A stretch of DNA of 63,726 nucleotides, the filler included, from Diploschistes diacapsis (lineage: Eukaryota), in the NCBI GenBank assembly GCA_023645945.1. It is 25 parts of 25 records of this genome, joined end to end, with 100 filler letters (N's around TTAATTAATTAA, not from the genome) between each part and the next. Parts side by side here need not be neighbours in the genome. Positions count along the whole stretch, not along the records: positions 22,097 to 40,589 come from JALAIB010000412.1; positions 40,690 to 41,750 come from JALAIB010004120.1; positions 41,851 to 42,911 come from JALAIB010004121.1; positions 43,012 to 44,072 come from JALAIB010004122.1; positions 44,173 to 45,232 come from JALAIB010004123.1; positions 45,333 to 46,391 come from JALAIB010004124.1; positions 46,492 to 47,549 come from JALAIB010004125.1; positions 47,650 to 48,707 come from JALAIB010004126.1; 17 more parts are not named here. One strand, written 5' to 3'. Positions 39,121-50,438 of the stretch are shown one piece after another (position 1 is the first letter of the stretch; each line of letters begins with the position of its first letter). The notes below the pieces were generated by a model. The model was not told where the DNA came from. It saw nothing but the letters and a program-made list of their open reading frames with translations, and did no database searches. The position numbers and the translations under genes were made by a program.

Positions 39121-40589
39121 ATGGACGATGATGACTTGGAACGAGCGCTCGAGAAAGGCGCAGGAGCAGGAGAAGAACAGCGCCTACTCCATCGCGACGA
39201 GGACGATGTGAGCAACCCAGAGCTTGCAGCTCGAGATCTAGAGCGCAGGCGCAAACAGCGCCAGAAAGTCTTCTCAGTACTCTACGGAGTGTTGCTGGCT
39301 TTCACTGCCGCTGCGTTCTTAGCCTACAGCATCAGGAGACCGACAACATTCACCTTTCTGGAAAGTTCGAGACTTCCATCAGCTATCGAAGATGACAACA
39401 GTCTGGCCATACCTTTGCATCCTGAGCTACATAAATATCGAGCTCCTCGAACCATCGAGCATGACTGGACAATCACATGGGATGTCAGAGCCCCGGATGG
39501 AGTGGAGAAACAGGTCTATCTCGTCAACGGTAGGCCAGATGCCTCAGCGTCAAGGCTGCACCGAGTGGTACTGACGAGTCCTAGATGAATTTCCAGGTCC
39601 GACAGTCGAAGCCCGCTCTGGAGACAGACTGGTCTTCCGAGTCCGGAACAATCTGACCGACAACGAAGGCTTGTCCATCCACTGGCATGGGCTCTTCATG
39701 CGCGGTGCGAACGACATGGACGGGGCATTGGGCCTCACCCAATCTGCAATAACCCAAGGAGATGCTATGACCTACGAGTTTGATGTTGCGGAGGACCAGT
39801 GCGGTACCTTCTGGTACCACGCCCATTCTCAGCTGCAGAGGGCAGACGGTCTATATGGAGGCCTGGTGGTCCACTGCCCTGACGAACAGGATAACCCGGG
39901 CAAGCGGCCGGCACGCCAGCACGAGAGCGAGCGACTACTGTTGATGGGAGATTGGTATCATCGTCCTGCCGCGGAAACACTAGCGTGGTACCACCACTGG
40001 CGCTCCTTTGGGAACGAGGTAAGCCTCGCACGTCTTCAATCAACTTTAGTCTTCCACTCCAGTGTTCTAATAGAACGTAGCCAGTCCCCGACTCCCTCGT
40101 CATAAACGCCGGCGGCTCTTATAACTGCTCCAAAGCCGTGCCCGCGCGCCCCATCACCTGCACGCCAACCTCCGCCCAAACCCTGCTCTCACTCACTCAA
40201 GCCCCCACCCGCCTGCGCGTCGTCAATGTGGGTTCCATGACCGGCCTCACCCTACGGATGCCAAAGGCCAGCATGTTCCCCTTCGAGCTAGACGGCGGCA
40301 ACCCAATCGAGGGTTCCACGGTGCACTCCGTCGGCATACTCTATCCCGGGGAGAGGGTCGACCTGCTCATCCAGCCTCTGCCGGGCCCCGCAGACGACGC
40401 CACCACGACATCGTCCATGGAGATCATCATGGACCCCGAGAACTTCCGCTACGGCAACCCTGCCCTCACGCCGAACCAGACCTTTCCGATCTCCCACGCC
40501 TCGCACTCTTCATCCACCGCCACCAACCCCCTCGCACCCATCCACTTTCCGCCGATTCCTCCCTCTCTCTCCCCCTCTCTCTCCCCCTC
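39121..40589 (+). CDS. Multicopper oxidase with N-terminal membrane anchor, 3' truncated by contig end
   Basis: APDGVEKQVYLVNG, FPGPTVE, SIHWHG (L1), GTFWYHAH (L2), DGLYG, TRLRVVNVG, PGERVDL. Introns near 39531-39585 and 40019-40080. Confidence 0.9.
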
Positions 40590-40785
40590 NNNNNNNNNNN
40601 NNNNNNNNNNNNNNNNNNNNNNNNNNNNNNNNNTTAATTAATTAANNNNNNNNNNNNNNNNNNNNNNNNNNNNNNNNNNNNNNNNNNNNCCATACGAGGT
40701 AGTCATTATTGAAAAAGATCGAATATAAGATGATAATAATGATTTAAGGTGGCCGGAATCCCCGTGAAACCCGTTAAGTTTAAAT

Positions 40786-41076
40786 TAGGCTGGCCGTTTC
40801 GTGCCACGGTCACTGACACGGACACTACAACAAAAATTTTCAAAACACGGACACTGACACGGACACGACAACTAAAATTTTAAAACACGGACACTGACAC
40901 GGACACTACACTGCAGTAAAAGCACGGACACGGACACTGAAATTAAAAATTTTAAAACACTGATACTAATACGGACATTATACTTCCGTGAATCCACGGA
41001 TACGGACACCGCAGCTAAAAAATCTAAAACACGGACACTGACACTGTCAGTGTCCGTGTCAGTGACGGCCAGCCTA
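40786..41076 (+). mobile_element. Complete short (291 bp) member of the TAGGCTGGCCGT hAT-type MITE family
   Basis: Both TIRs present. Flanks GTTTAAAT / TTTTAGGT are compatible with a mutated 8-bp TSD. Confidence 0.9.
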
Positions 41077-41084
41077 TTTTAGGT

Positions 41085-41551
41085 CAACGTATTAAGATCC
41101 CGCGTTCTTTTAAAGTAGTATAATTTCTATCTTTGAATCAGCCTATCCTAAGGTTTTATAATTCAGATCCTGGGTTTTTAAATCTTTTCGATTTAATCTA
41201 CGTTAAATAACGTAATCGGTACCCGCGTTCGTAATCGTAATAACTGCCGAGAAACGTAATTTTAATAAACGATTAAGCATAATAAAGTAAGTGCTAATTC
41301 GGGCTTATAATCTATTTAACAACGAAATGGATATATTGAAGTTTAAAGGTTTTAATAAGGAGGTTATTTTATTTTATAGATTTTTATCCTCGTGGGATAC
41401 GTTAAGCTTTATTACTTATACTATTCCTTATTCGGTCTAGTTGGAATTCCAGAAGGTTTAGCTGAATTGAACCTCGGAGTTCAGCCGAACTGAACCTCCT
41501 TCTAGAACCCAGTTATACTCCCAGCCATGCCTTCTGCCTGTTTGCTCAACA
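41085..41551 (-). mobile_element. Copia LTR, TGTTGAGCAG family, partial
   Basis: Aligns by eye with 47386-47549, 61519-61940 and 62971-63506. Starts TGTTGA on the minus strand. Confidence 0.8.
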
Positions 41552-41850
41552 GTCTTAATAAAAATATATCGAAAAGGTTTTAAGAAGTTTATTAAAAACG
41601 AACTTATACGTAATTAAAATAGAATTTAAAGTCTAAATATTCTATAAACGTACGTTATAATAATAAACGATCGATTATTAAATCGAGATTAAAAACGTCG
41701 CTTTAAACGAAAAAATATTATAGATTTAAAACCTCGATACCGTATTAATTNNNNNNNNNNNNNNNNNNNNNNNNNNNNNNNNNNNNNNNNNNNNTTAATT
41801 AATTAANNNNNNNNNNNNNNNNNNNNNNNNNNNNNNNNNNNNNNNNNNNN

Positions 41851-42243
41851 TTAGAAAAGGAATGTGGTAAAAAAAGAAGATAGAGTAATTATAAGTTTTA
41901 GATTGTTTTTAAAAAGAAGGTTTTAAAATAATAAAAATAACGAATATAAATTGATCCCGAGTAATAACTTAAAATATTTATAAAAATAAACACGTTTTAA
42001 ATTTATAGAAGTTATAATAGCGTTCTTATATAATTAATAGTTCTTTTAGTGGAATAAATAAATAAATAAATAGAATTATCGTTCTTTCTTTTTATTTACG
42101 ATTAAGTAAAATGGTTTTTTAGATTCTTTACTCGTTATGTGACCCGTGTCATCCTGATTGGACTATATATAAGGAATGGTTGGGAAGTGCTCGACTAGCT
42201 GTTGCGTGCCAAGTACTACCGCCTAGTACCTTGGATCGTAACA
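41851..42243 (-). mobile_element. LTR, TGTTACGATC family, U3 variant A, partial
   Basis: Terminus CTTGGATCGTAACA; colinear with 58057-58494. Confidence 0.8.
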
Positions 42244-43164
42244 TTCCGCCCGAAAACGAGAAATAAGCGGTAAAAAGACGCGGGGGAGACGAGTCGAAAA
42301 CCAAAGAAATAGAACCTTTCTTTTAACGAAATAATAAGACGAAAATGGAAGAAAATCGAAAGAAATCTTTACAATAAAAGAACCAGACGGCGGATCTCCG
42401 GTTTCGTAAATCTAAAAATAAATTAATAAATAATTCGTAAAAGAAAAAGATTTATCTAAAACAGGTCTTAATAAACGCAGGCCACACTTATTCGTCGTTA
42501 AAATCGAAGTTAATGGAAAGATAAGAAAAAAAAGGAAAATAACGCGGCGAGAAATCTCGCGCTTTGTTTTTGTTGAAAATGTGGAAGTGGGGTAACTAAA
42601 TAGGCAAGTAATGACTAGGGAAATAATGCTGAGTACAATAGTAATGTATTACTATTGTAGGAGGTAATGAATGAAGATGAAGATAACGTTAGTAAAGATG
42701 GGAGGTGAGAGGTCTTTTATAGACACATGACACCTAACTAACGCCTAATAATTAATATACATTTAATCTCCGATAATGTTGGATTTATAATCCAACATCA
42801 TGCGCCCCATAATCCAACATAATAGTAAATCTAATTTCCCCCTATCTTCGTATCCATAATTCTAGTATTATTAGATTATTAATCCAATACTTGGATTAAT
42901 GATCTAATGATNNNNNNNNNNNNNNNNNNNNNNNNNNNNNNNNNNNNNNNNNNNNTTAATTAATTAANNNNNNNNNNNNNNNNNNNNNNNNNNNNNNNNN
43001 NNNNNNNNNNNATAGAACGGGAAAGTTAAATTCGTTTAACGAACCGGTTGCGAGAAATTAAAAAAGATATCGTTATTTTACGATTTAAGATTCTTTTTTA
43101 TTTAATATTTATATTAAACCCTTCGGCGAATTATCGGGCCGATAATATTAAAAAAAAAGAATAA

Positions 43165-43619
43165 TATTACGATCTAAGTATTAGATTTAACACGTCTTAA
43201 CTTTATATATATATTAATTACGGGATTAAGGATTACGTGATGCGTTTATTATTCGCGTTTATTTTTATAAGCGGCGAGTAAGCTTTCGCTATCGCTCGAT
43301 AATCGCGTTTATTTTAATAAACGGCAAATCTCGAAAACATCGTTTATTAGATTTACGATAAGCGGCGAGCGAGTTAATTATATATAAACACGTCTTTATT
43401 TTCGTGAAAAAAGGCGTGTTCATTTTTATAGATATCTTAAATTATTGTTCGGGATTAATTTATATTCGTTACTTTTATTATCTTAAAGCCTTCTTTCTAG
43501 AAATAATCCAAGATTTATAACTATTTTATCTTCTTCTCCTGCCATACTCCTCTTCTAACAGAAACCAAACCTACCTTGATCCTACTCGTGTATACCTTGT
43601 ATAGATAGAGATCATAACA
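43165..43619 (+). mobile_element. Complete RIP-mutated 3' LTR (~455 bp), TGTTACGATC family variant C, probably Gypsy
   Basis: TATTACGATC...GATCATAACA termini. Preceded by an A-run consistent with a G->A mutated PPT. Homologous to 60365-60673. Confidence 0.8.
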
Positions 43620-44072
43620 CTTAAGTAGATGTAACTAGTTAGTTATATATGATAAGGCGCCGGTATTACCGATCTATTCAGTAGGAGTAATCTTACTTTT
43701 AATAATAACGTCTTTAACTATATTACTAACTTTATTATTATATAATTAAGATTTAGGTTTAGATTTAATTTTCGAACTTTTTGAACCTTTATCGTCTGAA
43801 CCTTCTGTATTGTAAGCGCGCTTGTTCTTATTTTTTTTATCGCGGATGTCTCGGGATTCTTTTCTTTTCTTTCGCTTCTTGTCTTTTGCTATAATGATCA
43901 TTTATCTGAATTCTTTAGCGAGTTTGTACTGTATTGCGCGATGGTTATTGTTTCTATAAAATAGATATCTTTTTATTAAATTAAAATGGCGGCGTCGTCT
44001 TTCGTCGGATCGTTTTTGGGAACGGGAGCCTTTAGGGTGCTATGATCTATTATGACGCAGGGAATATGCTAT
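43620..44072 (-). mobile_element. RIP-degraded Ty1/Copia gag zinc knuckle to protease fragment
   Basis: Reverse-complement homolog of ~60830-61290; *IGNTGALSY matches W-x-x-DTGASSH. Confidence 0.75.
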
Positions 44073-44479
44073 NNNNNNNNNNNNNNNNNNNNNNNNNNNN
44101 NNNNNNNNNNNNNNNNTTAATTAATTAANNNNNNNNNNNNNNNNNNNNNNNNNNNNNNNNNNNNNNNNNNNNATTATAAGAAGATAAAAAAGAGGATTTT
44201 AGCATGTCGAGTAAGAAGGAGATTAAGTTTAACGGCTATAAGGGGGTTTATGGTTAAGAATAATGGAACGTGGATATAAACGGATTTGGATTTATTTGGG
44301 GCATATTTTGAGCGTTTGTTTTGCTTTTGTGACTAAAAGTTTGTATGAGCTTTTGGTTTTTCCGGAATTGCAAATGTCGCGCGTTGATTTGGAAGTTGCT
44401 ATCGAGTTACTTTCTAGATTGCCTATAATTATAGATATACTTTTAAAAAAGAAGGATATAGAGGCTATTGAGGTAATAG

Positions 44480-44638
44480 TAGGCTGGCCGTCACTGACAC
44501 TGACAGTGTCAGTGTCAGTGTTTTAGATTTTTTAACTACGGTGTCCGTGCCCGTAGATTCACGGAAATGTAATATCCGTGTTAATATTAATATTTTAAAA
44601 TTTTTAATTACAATGTCCGTGTCCGTGTTTTTATTATA
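44480..44638 (-). mobile_element. hAT-type MITE end interrupted by a Fot1-type element
   Basis: TAGGCTGGCCGTCACTGAC start; breaks at TA/ACGTGTTTGACGG. Confidence 0.85.
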
Positions 44639-45174
44639 ACGTGTTTGACGGGGAGTTGGGCCACCCCCACATCTGGGCCACTTTTGCCAAGAAATATTTT
44701 AAAGCTTTAATAACTCTTCGAATTTAATCGTTAGTTTTGATTTTTTTTCTCGAAATATTACTATTAGGTCGCTCATCTATCATACCCGAAAAGTGCACAT
44801 TGATTATGTCAGGAGTTAATTTTTTAAAGCTAATTAAAAATAACGACTCGAAACACGTATTATTTTATCTTTCAAAACTGGTCATTACGCAGCATAAATA
44901 TGTTTTTTAAATATATCATTATAATCGGTTTTATGCATAGATCTCAATAAAAATATAATAAAAACAGTTTTTCGACGTTATACAATGGTTGTGTAGCGTT
45001 TTTCATCATTTTTCAGTCATTTTAGACTAAACGAAACCTAGCCGTCGCCAACCAAAATTCTTTAAATCTACTGATTTCAATGAATAACACCACATAACGA
45101 CTATATAACGTCCAAAAAACGTTTTTTTAATATTTTTATTGAAGTCTACGCATGAAACCGCTTATAATGATCTA
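44639..45174. mobile_element. Fot1/pogo-type non-autonomous fold-back element, partial
   Basis: TA + ACGTGTTTGACGG TIR; internal inverted arms at 44916-45006 and 45080-45170. Confidence 0.7.
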
Positions 45175-45332
45175 CATCACGAAAAGTTTTTGTGGGCGAA
45201 ACACCGCGAAAATCCGCAAGGTTGGCGAAACTNNNNNNNNNNNNNNNNNNNNNNNNNNNNNNNNNNNNNNNNNNNNTTAATTAATTAANNNNNNNNNNNN
45301 NNNNNNNNNNNNNNNNNNNNNNNNNNNNNNNN

Positions 45333-45851
45333 ATAAAAACACGGACACGGATACTACGACTAAAAATTTTAAAACACGAATACTTCTACGGATACTATAT
45401 TATAATAAAAACACGAACACGAATATTACGACTAAAAATTTTAAAATACGAATACTTTTACGGATGTTATATTATAACAAATTTATAGAAATATTACCGT
45501 AAATTTATAGAAATAACTCAATAAATAAATAAAAACATAAAAAATAAACGTAATAATTTTAAAACTATTAATAAATAAATATTATTTAAAAATATTTCGG
45601 TAAATATACGGATACGATAATAAAAAAATTAACACGAATATTATAATTAAAAAATTTAAAACACGGATATTTCTATGAATATTATATTATAATAAAAACA
45701 CGAACACGAATATTATAATTAAAAATTTTAAAATACGGATACTTTTACGGATATTATATTATAATAAAAGCACGGACACGGACATTACGGCTAAAAATTT
45801 TAAAACACGGATACTGCCACGGCCGTGTCAGTGTCCGTGACGGCCAGCCTA
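45333..45851 (+). mobile_element. hAT-type MITE, heavily RIP-mutated, right end intact
   Basis: Ends GTGACGGCCAGCCTA; CACGGA/TACGAA arrays. Confidence 0.88.
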
Positions 45852-46689
45852 GTTTGCGTCGTTAAAAAGCGCGTTGGCGTAAAAAACGGATTATATTATT
45901 CGATTAAATAAATTAGCGTAATCTAGTACCGATTTACGGCGTATTCGGCTAATTATTGTATTAGATTTAGTTGTTTTTATCGACCTTACTTTAATAATAA
46001 GACAAAACGAAGACCTAAGATCAGTTAATATAAACAAATAGTTCTCTCTTATAAAAAATAGAGATCCATTAATAATTAATAAAAATACCGAGTCTATTAA
46101 TTTCATAATTATCGACACCGAACAGGAGACCCTGGAATCCTATGATCAAGACAGCTTCGATTCCGTCGTTTTTAACAGTCCTTTATCATTTACTTAACCG
46201 GTAAGATCAGTTATCATAAGAACGAGAAGGATGGCCCTTATTATTATAAAAATACAGAATTATAATTATCGAATAAAAAGCAAACTATATAAAATCATTA
46301 TTATAAAAGATCTATCTTCTTCTTCTATCTTTATTGTAAAGGATGAAATGCAGTAGTGTGATATTAATGGTCATAGTATTCATGAACTAATNNNNNNNNN
46401 NNNNNNNNNNNNNNNNNNNNNNNNNNNNNNNNNNNTTAATTAATTAANNNNNNNNNNNNNNNNNNNNNNNNNNNNNNNNNNNNNNNNNNNNATTATAATC
46501 TATAAATATACGTAATTCATACCCGCGTCCCGCGTATTAAAAAACCGACACCGGCCCGTATATTAATTAATCGAAATTACGCCGGCAAGTTTTCCGTTTA
46601 ACGGCGGATTTATACCCGTTATCTTTCCGCGAAATTAACGGGGGTATATCGGAACCTTTACGGGAATTTTTAAATAAACGTAAGCAACG

Positions 46690-46905
46690 GTTCTAAAGAT
46701 CTAAAACTTAAAAACAAGAAATAACTATAATAGATATCTATAACAATCTTTCGGGCGAACGGACGATCTCAACCCTAACATCGCGCCAAGACCGCGGGAT
46801 TATATAAAAGAAGTTTTAAGAAGAAATCTCTTACTTTCTTTTACAGAGATTAGTTCATGAATACTATGACCATTACTATCACGCTACTGCATTTTATCCT
46901 TTACA
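46690..46905 (-). mobile_element. LTR-like repeat, TGTAAAGGATG family (other copies 46335-46391 + and 47212-47385 +)
   Basis: Three copies share TGCAGTAGTGTGAT..ATGGTCATAGTATTCATGAACTAAT and a common TG start point. Confidence 0.6.
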
Positions 46906-46964
46906 CGATTAATTAAATTCTTTATTAATTTTTTTGCTTACGTAATATATTAGTAAAAAAATGA

Positions 46965-47175
46965 TTGGCCTCGCCATCTTCTCCGGTTTCGCCGGTTTCG
47001 CCAGTTTTGTTAGCTTTTGCCGGTTTCGCCGGTTTCGCCACGTTTCGCCAAACCTTTTGGCGAAAGTTGGCGAGTCGCTTAAACGCATTATCTGTCGCCC
47101 ACCTCGCCGGTTTCGCCAGTTTCGCCAACTTCGCGGATTTTTGCGGTGTTTCGCCGCCAAAAACTTTTCGTGATG
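46965..47175 (-). mobile_element. End of a DNA-transposon-like element, CATCACGAAAAG terminus with 9-bp GGTTTCGCC subterminal repeats (second copy 45175-45232 +)
   Basis: Two copies share exactly the same terminus, with dense TTCGCC/GGCGAA repeats. Confidence 0.6.
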
Positions 47176-47385
47176 CCGCTGCTAAAATAATTATAAATAT
47201 TATATCATTATTTTAAAAGATGATTTGCAGTAGTGTGATAGTAATGGTCATAGTATTCATGAACTAATCTCTAGAAAAGAAAGCAGGAGACTTCTTCTTG
47301 AAAACTCCTCTTATGTGGGCCTGCGGCCTTGGCGCGGTATTAGCGTGGGTGTCTTTCGGTTATATCATGAAATATTATAGATATC

Positions 47386-47549
47386 TGTTGAGCAGACAGG
47401 CAGAAGGCATGGCTGGGAGTTCCACTGAGTTCCAGTCGGGGGTTCAGTTCAGCTGAACTTCGAGGTTTAGTTAATTGAACTTTTTAGGACTCTAACTAGA
47501 CCGATCGGGAGTAATATTAATAATAAAACTTAGCGGATCCTATAGCTGT
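47386..47549 (+). mobile_element. Copia LTR 5' part, TGTTGAGCAG family
   Basis: TGTTGAGCAGACAGGCAGAAGGCATGGCTGGGAG. Confidence 0.8.
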
Positions 47550-47649
47550 NNNNNNNNNNNNNNNNNNNNNNNNNNNNNNNNNNNNNNNNNNNNTTAATTA
47601 ATTAANNNNNNNNNNNNNNNNNNNNNNNNNNNNNNNNNNNNNNNNNNNN

Positions 47650-48056
47650 ATTAAAAGAGGAATATAATAAGAAAAAAAGATAAAATAATTATAGATCTTA
47701 AACTATTTCTGAAAAGAAGGTTCTAAAATAATAAAGATAACAAATATAAATTAATCCCGAGCAATAACTTAAGATGTCTATAAAAATGAACACGTTTTAA
47801 ACTTATAGAAGCTATAGCGACGTTTTTATATAATTTAGAACGATAGCCGGTCGCCGACAGCAAAGTTATCACGACAGATCTATTATTAACAGATAACTGT
47901 CCTAACAGATCTGTCCTTGACAGATATCTACTCACGGAAGTCTATCAGTCACGTAACTTCTGGTCCGTGGTTGGTCTATATACAAAGAATGGTTGGGAAG
48001 TACCCGACTAGCTGTTGCGTGCCAAGTACTACCGACTAGTACCTTGGATCGTAACA
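47650..48056 (-). mobile_element. LTR, TGTTACGATC family, U3 variant B, abutting a clipped hAT TIR
   Basis: ...CTTGGATCGTAACA|GCTGGCCGT junction. Confidence 0.8.
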
Positions 48057-48628
48057 GCTGGCCGTTTCGTGCCACGGACACTTCCACGGACACTACCGAG
48101 AAAATTTTTAAAACACGACACTGCCACGGACACTACCGCTAAAATTTTAAAACACGGACATTTCCACGGACACTACATTATAGTAAAAGCACGGACACGG
48201 ACATTACGACTAAAAATTTTAAAACACGGACACTTCCACGGACACTACCGCCAAAAATTTTAAAACACGATATTGTCACGAACACTATATTATAGTAAAT
48301 TTACCGAAATATTACCGTGAATTCACCGAAACACCGCGGTGAAAAAATAAAAGCATAAAAAATAAACGTAATAATTTCAGAACTTTTAAAAAATAAATAT
48401 TATTTAAAAATATTTCGGTAAATGCACGGACACGATAATAAATCTATTAAAACGAACATTACACTATAATAAAAACACGGACACGGACACTACGACTAAA
48501 AATTTTAAAATATAGACACTTTCAGGGACATTGCACTGCAGTAAAAGCACGGACACGGACACTACGGCTGAAAATTTCAAAACACGGATACTGCCACGGC
48601 CGTGTCAGTGTCCGTGACGGCCAGCCTA
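48057..48628 (+). mobile_element. Near-complete hAT-type MITE, first 3 bp displaced by LTR insertion
   Basis: GCTGGCCGTTTCGTG...ACGGCCAGCCTA, with about 10 units of 36-41 bp. Confidence 0.9.
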
Positions 48629-48807
48629 ATTTAAACGTAAACGTATCGTACAAGTTTCGTATTAATAGATTTATTATCGTGTCCGTGCATTTACCGAAAT
48701 ATTTTTANNNNNNNNNNNNNNNNNNNNNNNNNNNNNNNNNNNNNNNNNNNNTTAATTAATTAANNNNNNNNNNNNNNNNNNNNNNNNNNNNNNNNNNNNN
48801 NNNNNNN

Positions 48808-49864
48808 CCCCTGGCCCACCTGACAGGGCATACCGACTCCGTGGCCAACCTGATCTTTACCTTACCAAAAGGTGACTTTCTCGTCACGGGTGGTCTAGAC
48901 GGGCAAATCCGGATCTACACCTGCCCTGCGCCCTCTTCCTTCTCCAACCCGAACCCCTCTTCTCCACCGCAATTCACCCTTCTCACCTCAGCAAGCGAAG
49001 TCCCCGAGATATCCTGGTTGACCGCTTGCCCGAACCCCTCTTACCCCAACACCTTTGCCCTCGGCGCCACCGATGGAAGCGTGTGGGTATACGCCATCGA
49101 CGCCTCCGCCCCACCAGACTCCGCCCTGCAGCTCCTTCAAGCATACTACATCCACTCCGTACCCACCACCGCCGGCTCCTGGTCCCCGTCCGGCAGCCTC
49201 ATAGCCTCTGTCGCCGAAGATTCCACCCTGATAGTGTACGACCCCTTCGGCGAGGCAGCCGGCGCAGGGATCACCAACCCCGCTGGTGGATCGGGACAAG
49301 CGCTTGTACAGCTCGGACCCGAAGACCAACGGTTCAACGTCGAAGGCGGGCTGTACTCCCTCGCTTTCTCGCCTTCTGGATCTCTCCTAGCAGCCGGTGG
49401 TGCAGGCGGCATGATCCGCATCATCGGCCTCCCCCTCCTCTCCGGCGCAGCGAACGCCAGCACCGGTGCCCAGAGCGCCACAAAAAGCCAAAAGGGTGCC
49501 GGCGCCCGCAGCAAAGCAGGTGGAAGCAAACAGGCCCACGCTCCCGGCTCATCGGGCGGCCAAGGCCAGGCCGGCCAGATTCTAGCCTCACTACAGGCGC
49601 AGACGGACGGTGTGGAGACGCTCGCGTTCGCGGACCCGGCGAGCGGGCTACAGGTGCTAGTCACGGGGAGCGTGGACGGGAGCATAGCGCTGTTTGACGC
49701 GGGACGAAACTTTGCGGTGAGGAGGGTGGTGAGGGAGGCGCATGGGGGTGAGGCTGTGGTGCAGGTGGCGTTTGATAAGATGCAAACGGGGACGCCGTGG
49801 ATGCTGACGAGCTGTGGGATGGATGGGGTGGTAAGGAGGTGGGATGTTAGAGGGGGTACAGGCA
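48808..49864 (+). CDS. SQT1: WD40-repeat ribosome assembly factor Sqt1/AAMP-like, partial
   Basis: LTGHTDSV, GDFLVTGGLDGQIRIY, EVPEISWL, FALGATDGSVWVY, GSVDGSIALFD, GMDGVVRRWD. Both ends cut by linkers. Confidence 0.8.
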
Positions 49865-49964
49865 NNNNNNNNNNNNNNNNNNNNNNNNNNNNNNNNNNNN
49901 NNNNNNNNTTAATTAATTAANNNNNNNNNNNNNNNNNNNNNNNNNNNNNNNNNNNNNNNNNNNN

Positions 49965-50438
49965 TTAATGTCCGTGTTTTAAAAAATTTTATTACGTTAT
50001 CCGTGTCCGTGCTTTTAATATAATATAGTGTCCGTGTCCGTGTCCGTATCGAAAATTTTTTTATTATAATATTCGTATCCGTGCATTCACCGAAACATTT
50101 TTAAATAACTTTTTTATTTTAATAATTCTAGAATTATCACGCTTATTTCTCACGCTTTTATTTTTTTAAAAATTAAACTGCGGTGTCCGTGTCCGTGGAT
50201 TCACGGAAATATAGTATCCGTATTAGTATCCGTGTTTTAAAAATTTTTATTACGGTATCCGTGTCCGTGTTTTCACTACAGTACAATGTCCGTGTCAATA
50301 TCCGTGTTTTAAAATTTTTTACTGCGGTATCCGTGTCCGTGCTTTCACCGCAGTGCAGTGTCCGTGTCAGTATCCGTGCTGAGAAAATTTTTGCTGCAGT
50401 GTCCGTGTCAGTGTCCGTGGCACGAAACGGCCAGCCAA
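49965..50438 (-). mobile_element. hAT-type MITE, partial
   Basis: TCCGTG arrays ending CACGAAACGGCCAGCCAA. Confidence 0.85.

Noticed and set aside
42244..42911. Possible hAT transposase N-terminus (RRSAVW) with ATCCAA repeats upstream
   Set aside because: Too degraded and no terminus visible. It cannot be supported without a profile search.
46909..47216. Four overlapping ORFs with repeated AKP/RNR motifs
   Set aside because: By-products of the stop-free 9-bp subterminal repeat.
46733..47385. ~160-bp inverted repeat pair resembling one element with long TIRs
   Set aside because: A third copy at 46335 shows that the shared boundary is the inner TG end. These are two independent LTR-like copies back to back, not TIRs of one element.
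48057..48628. 36-41-bp periodic repeats superficially like a CRISPR array
   Set aside because: No unique spacers and no cas genes, the host is eukaryotic, and the array is bounded by TIRs with an 8-bp TSD in a sibling copy. It is a MITE.
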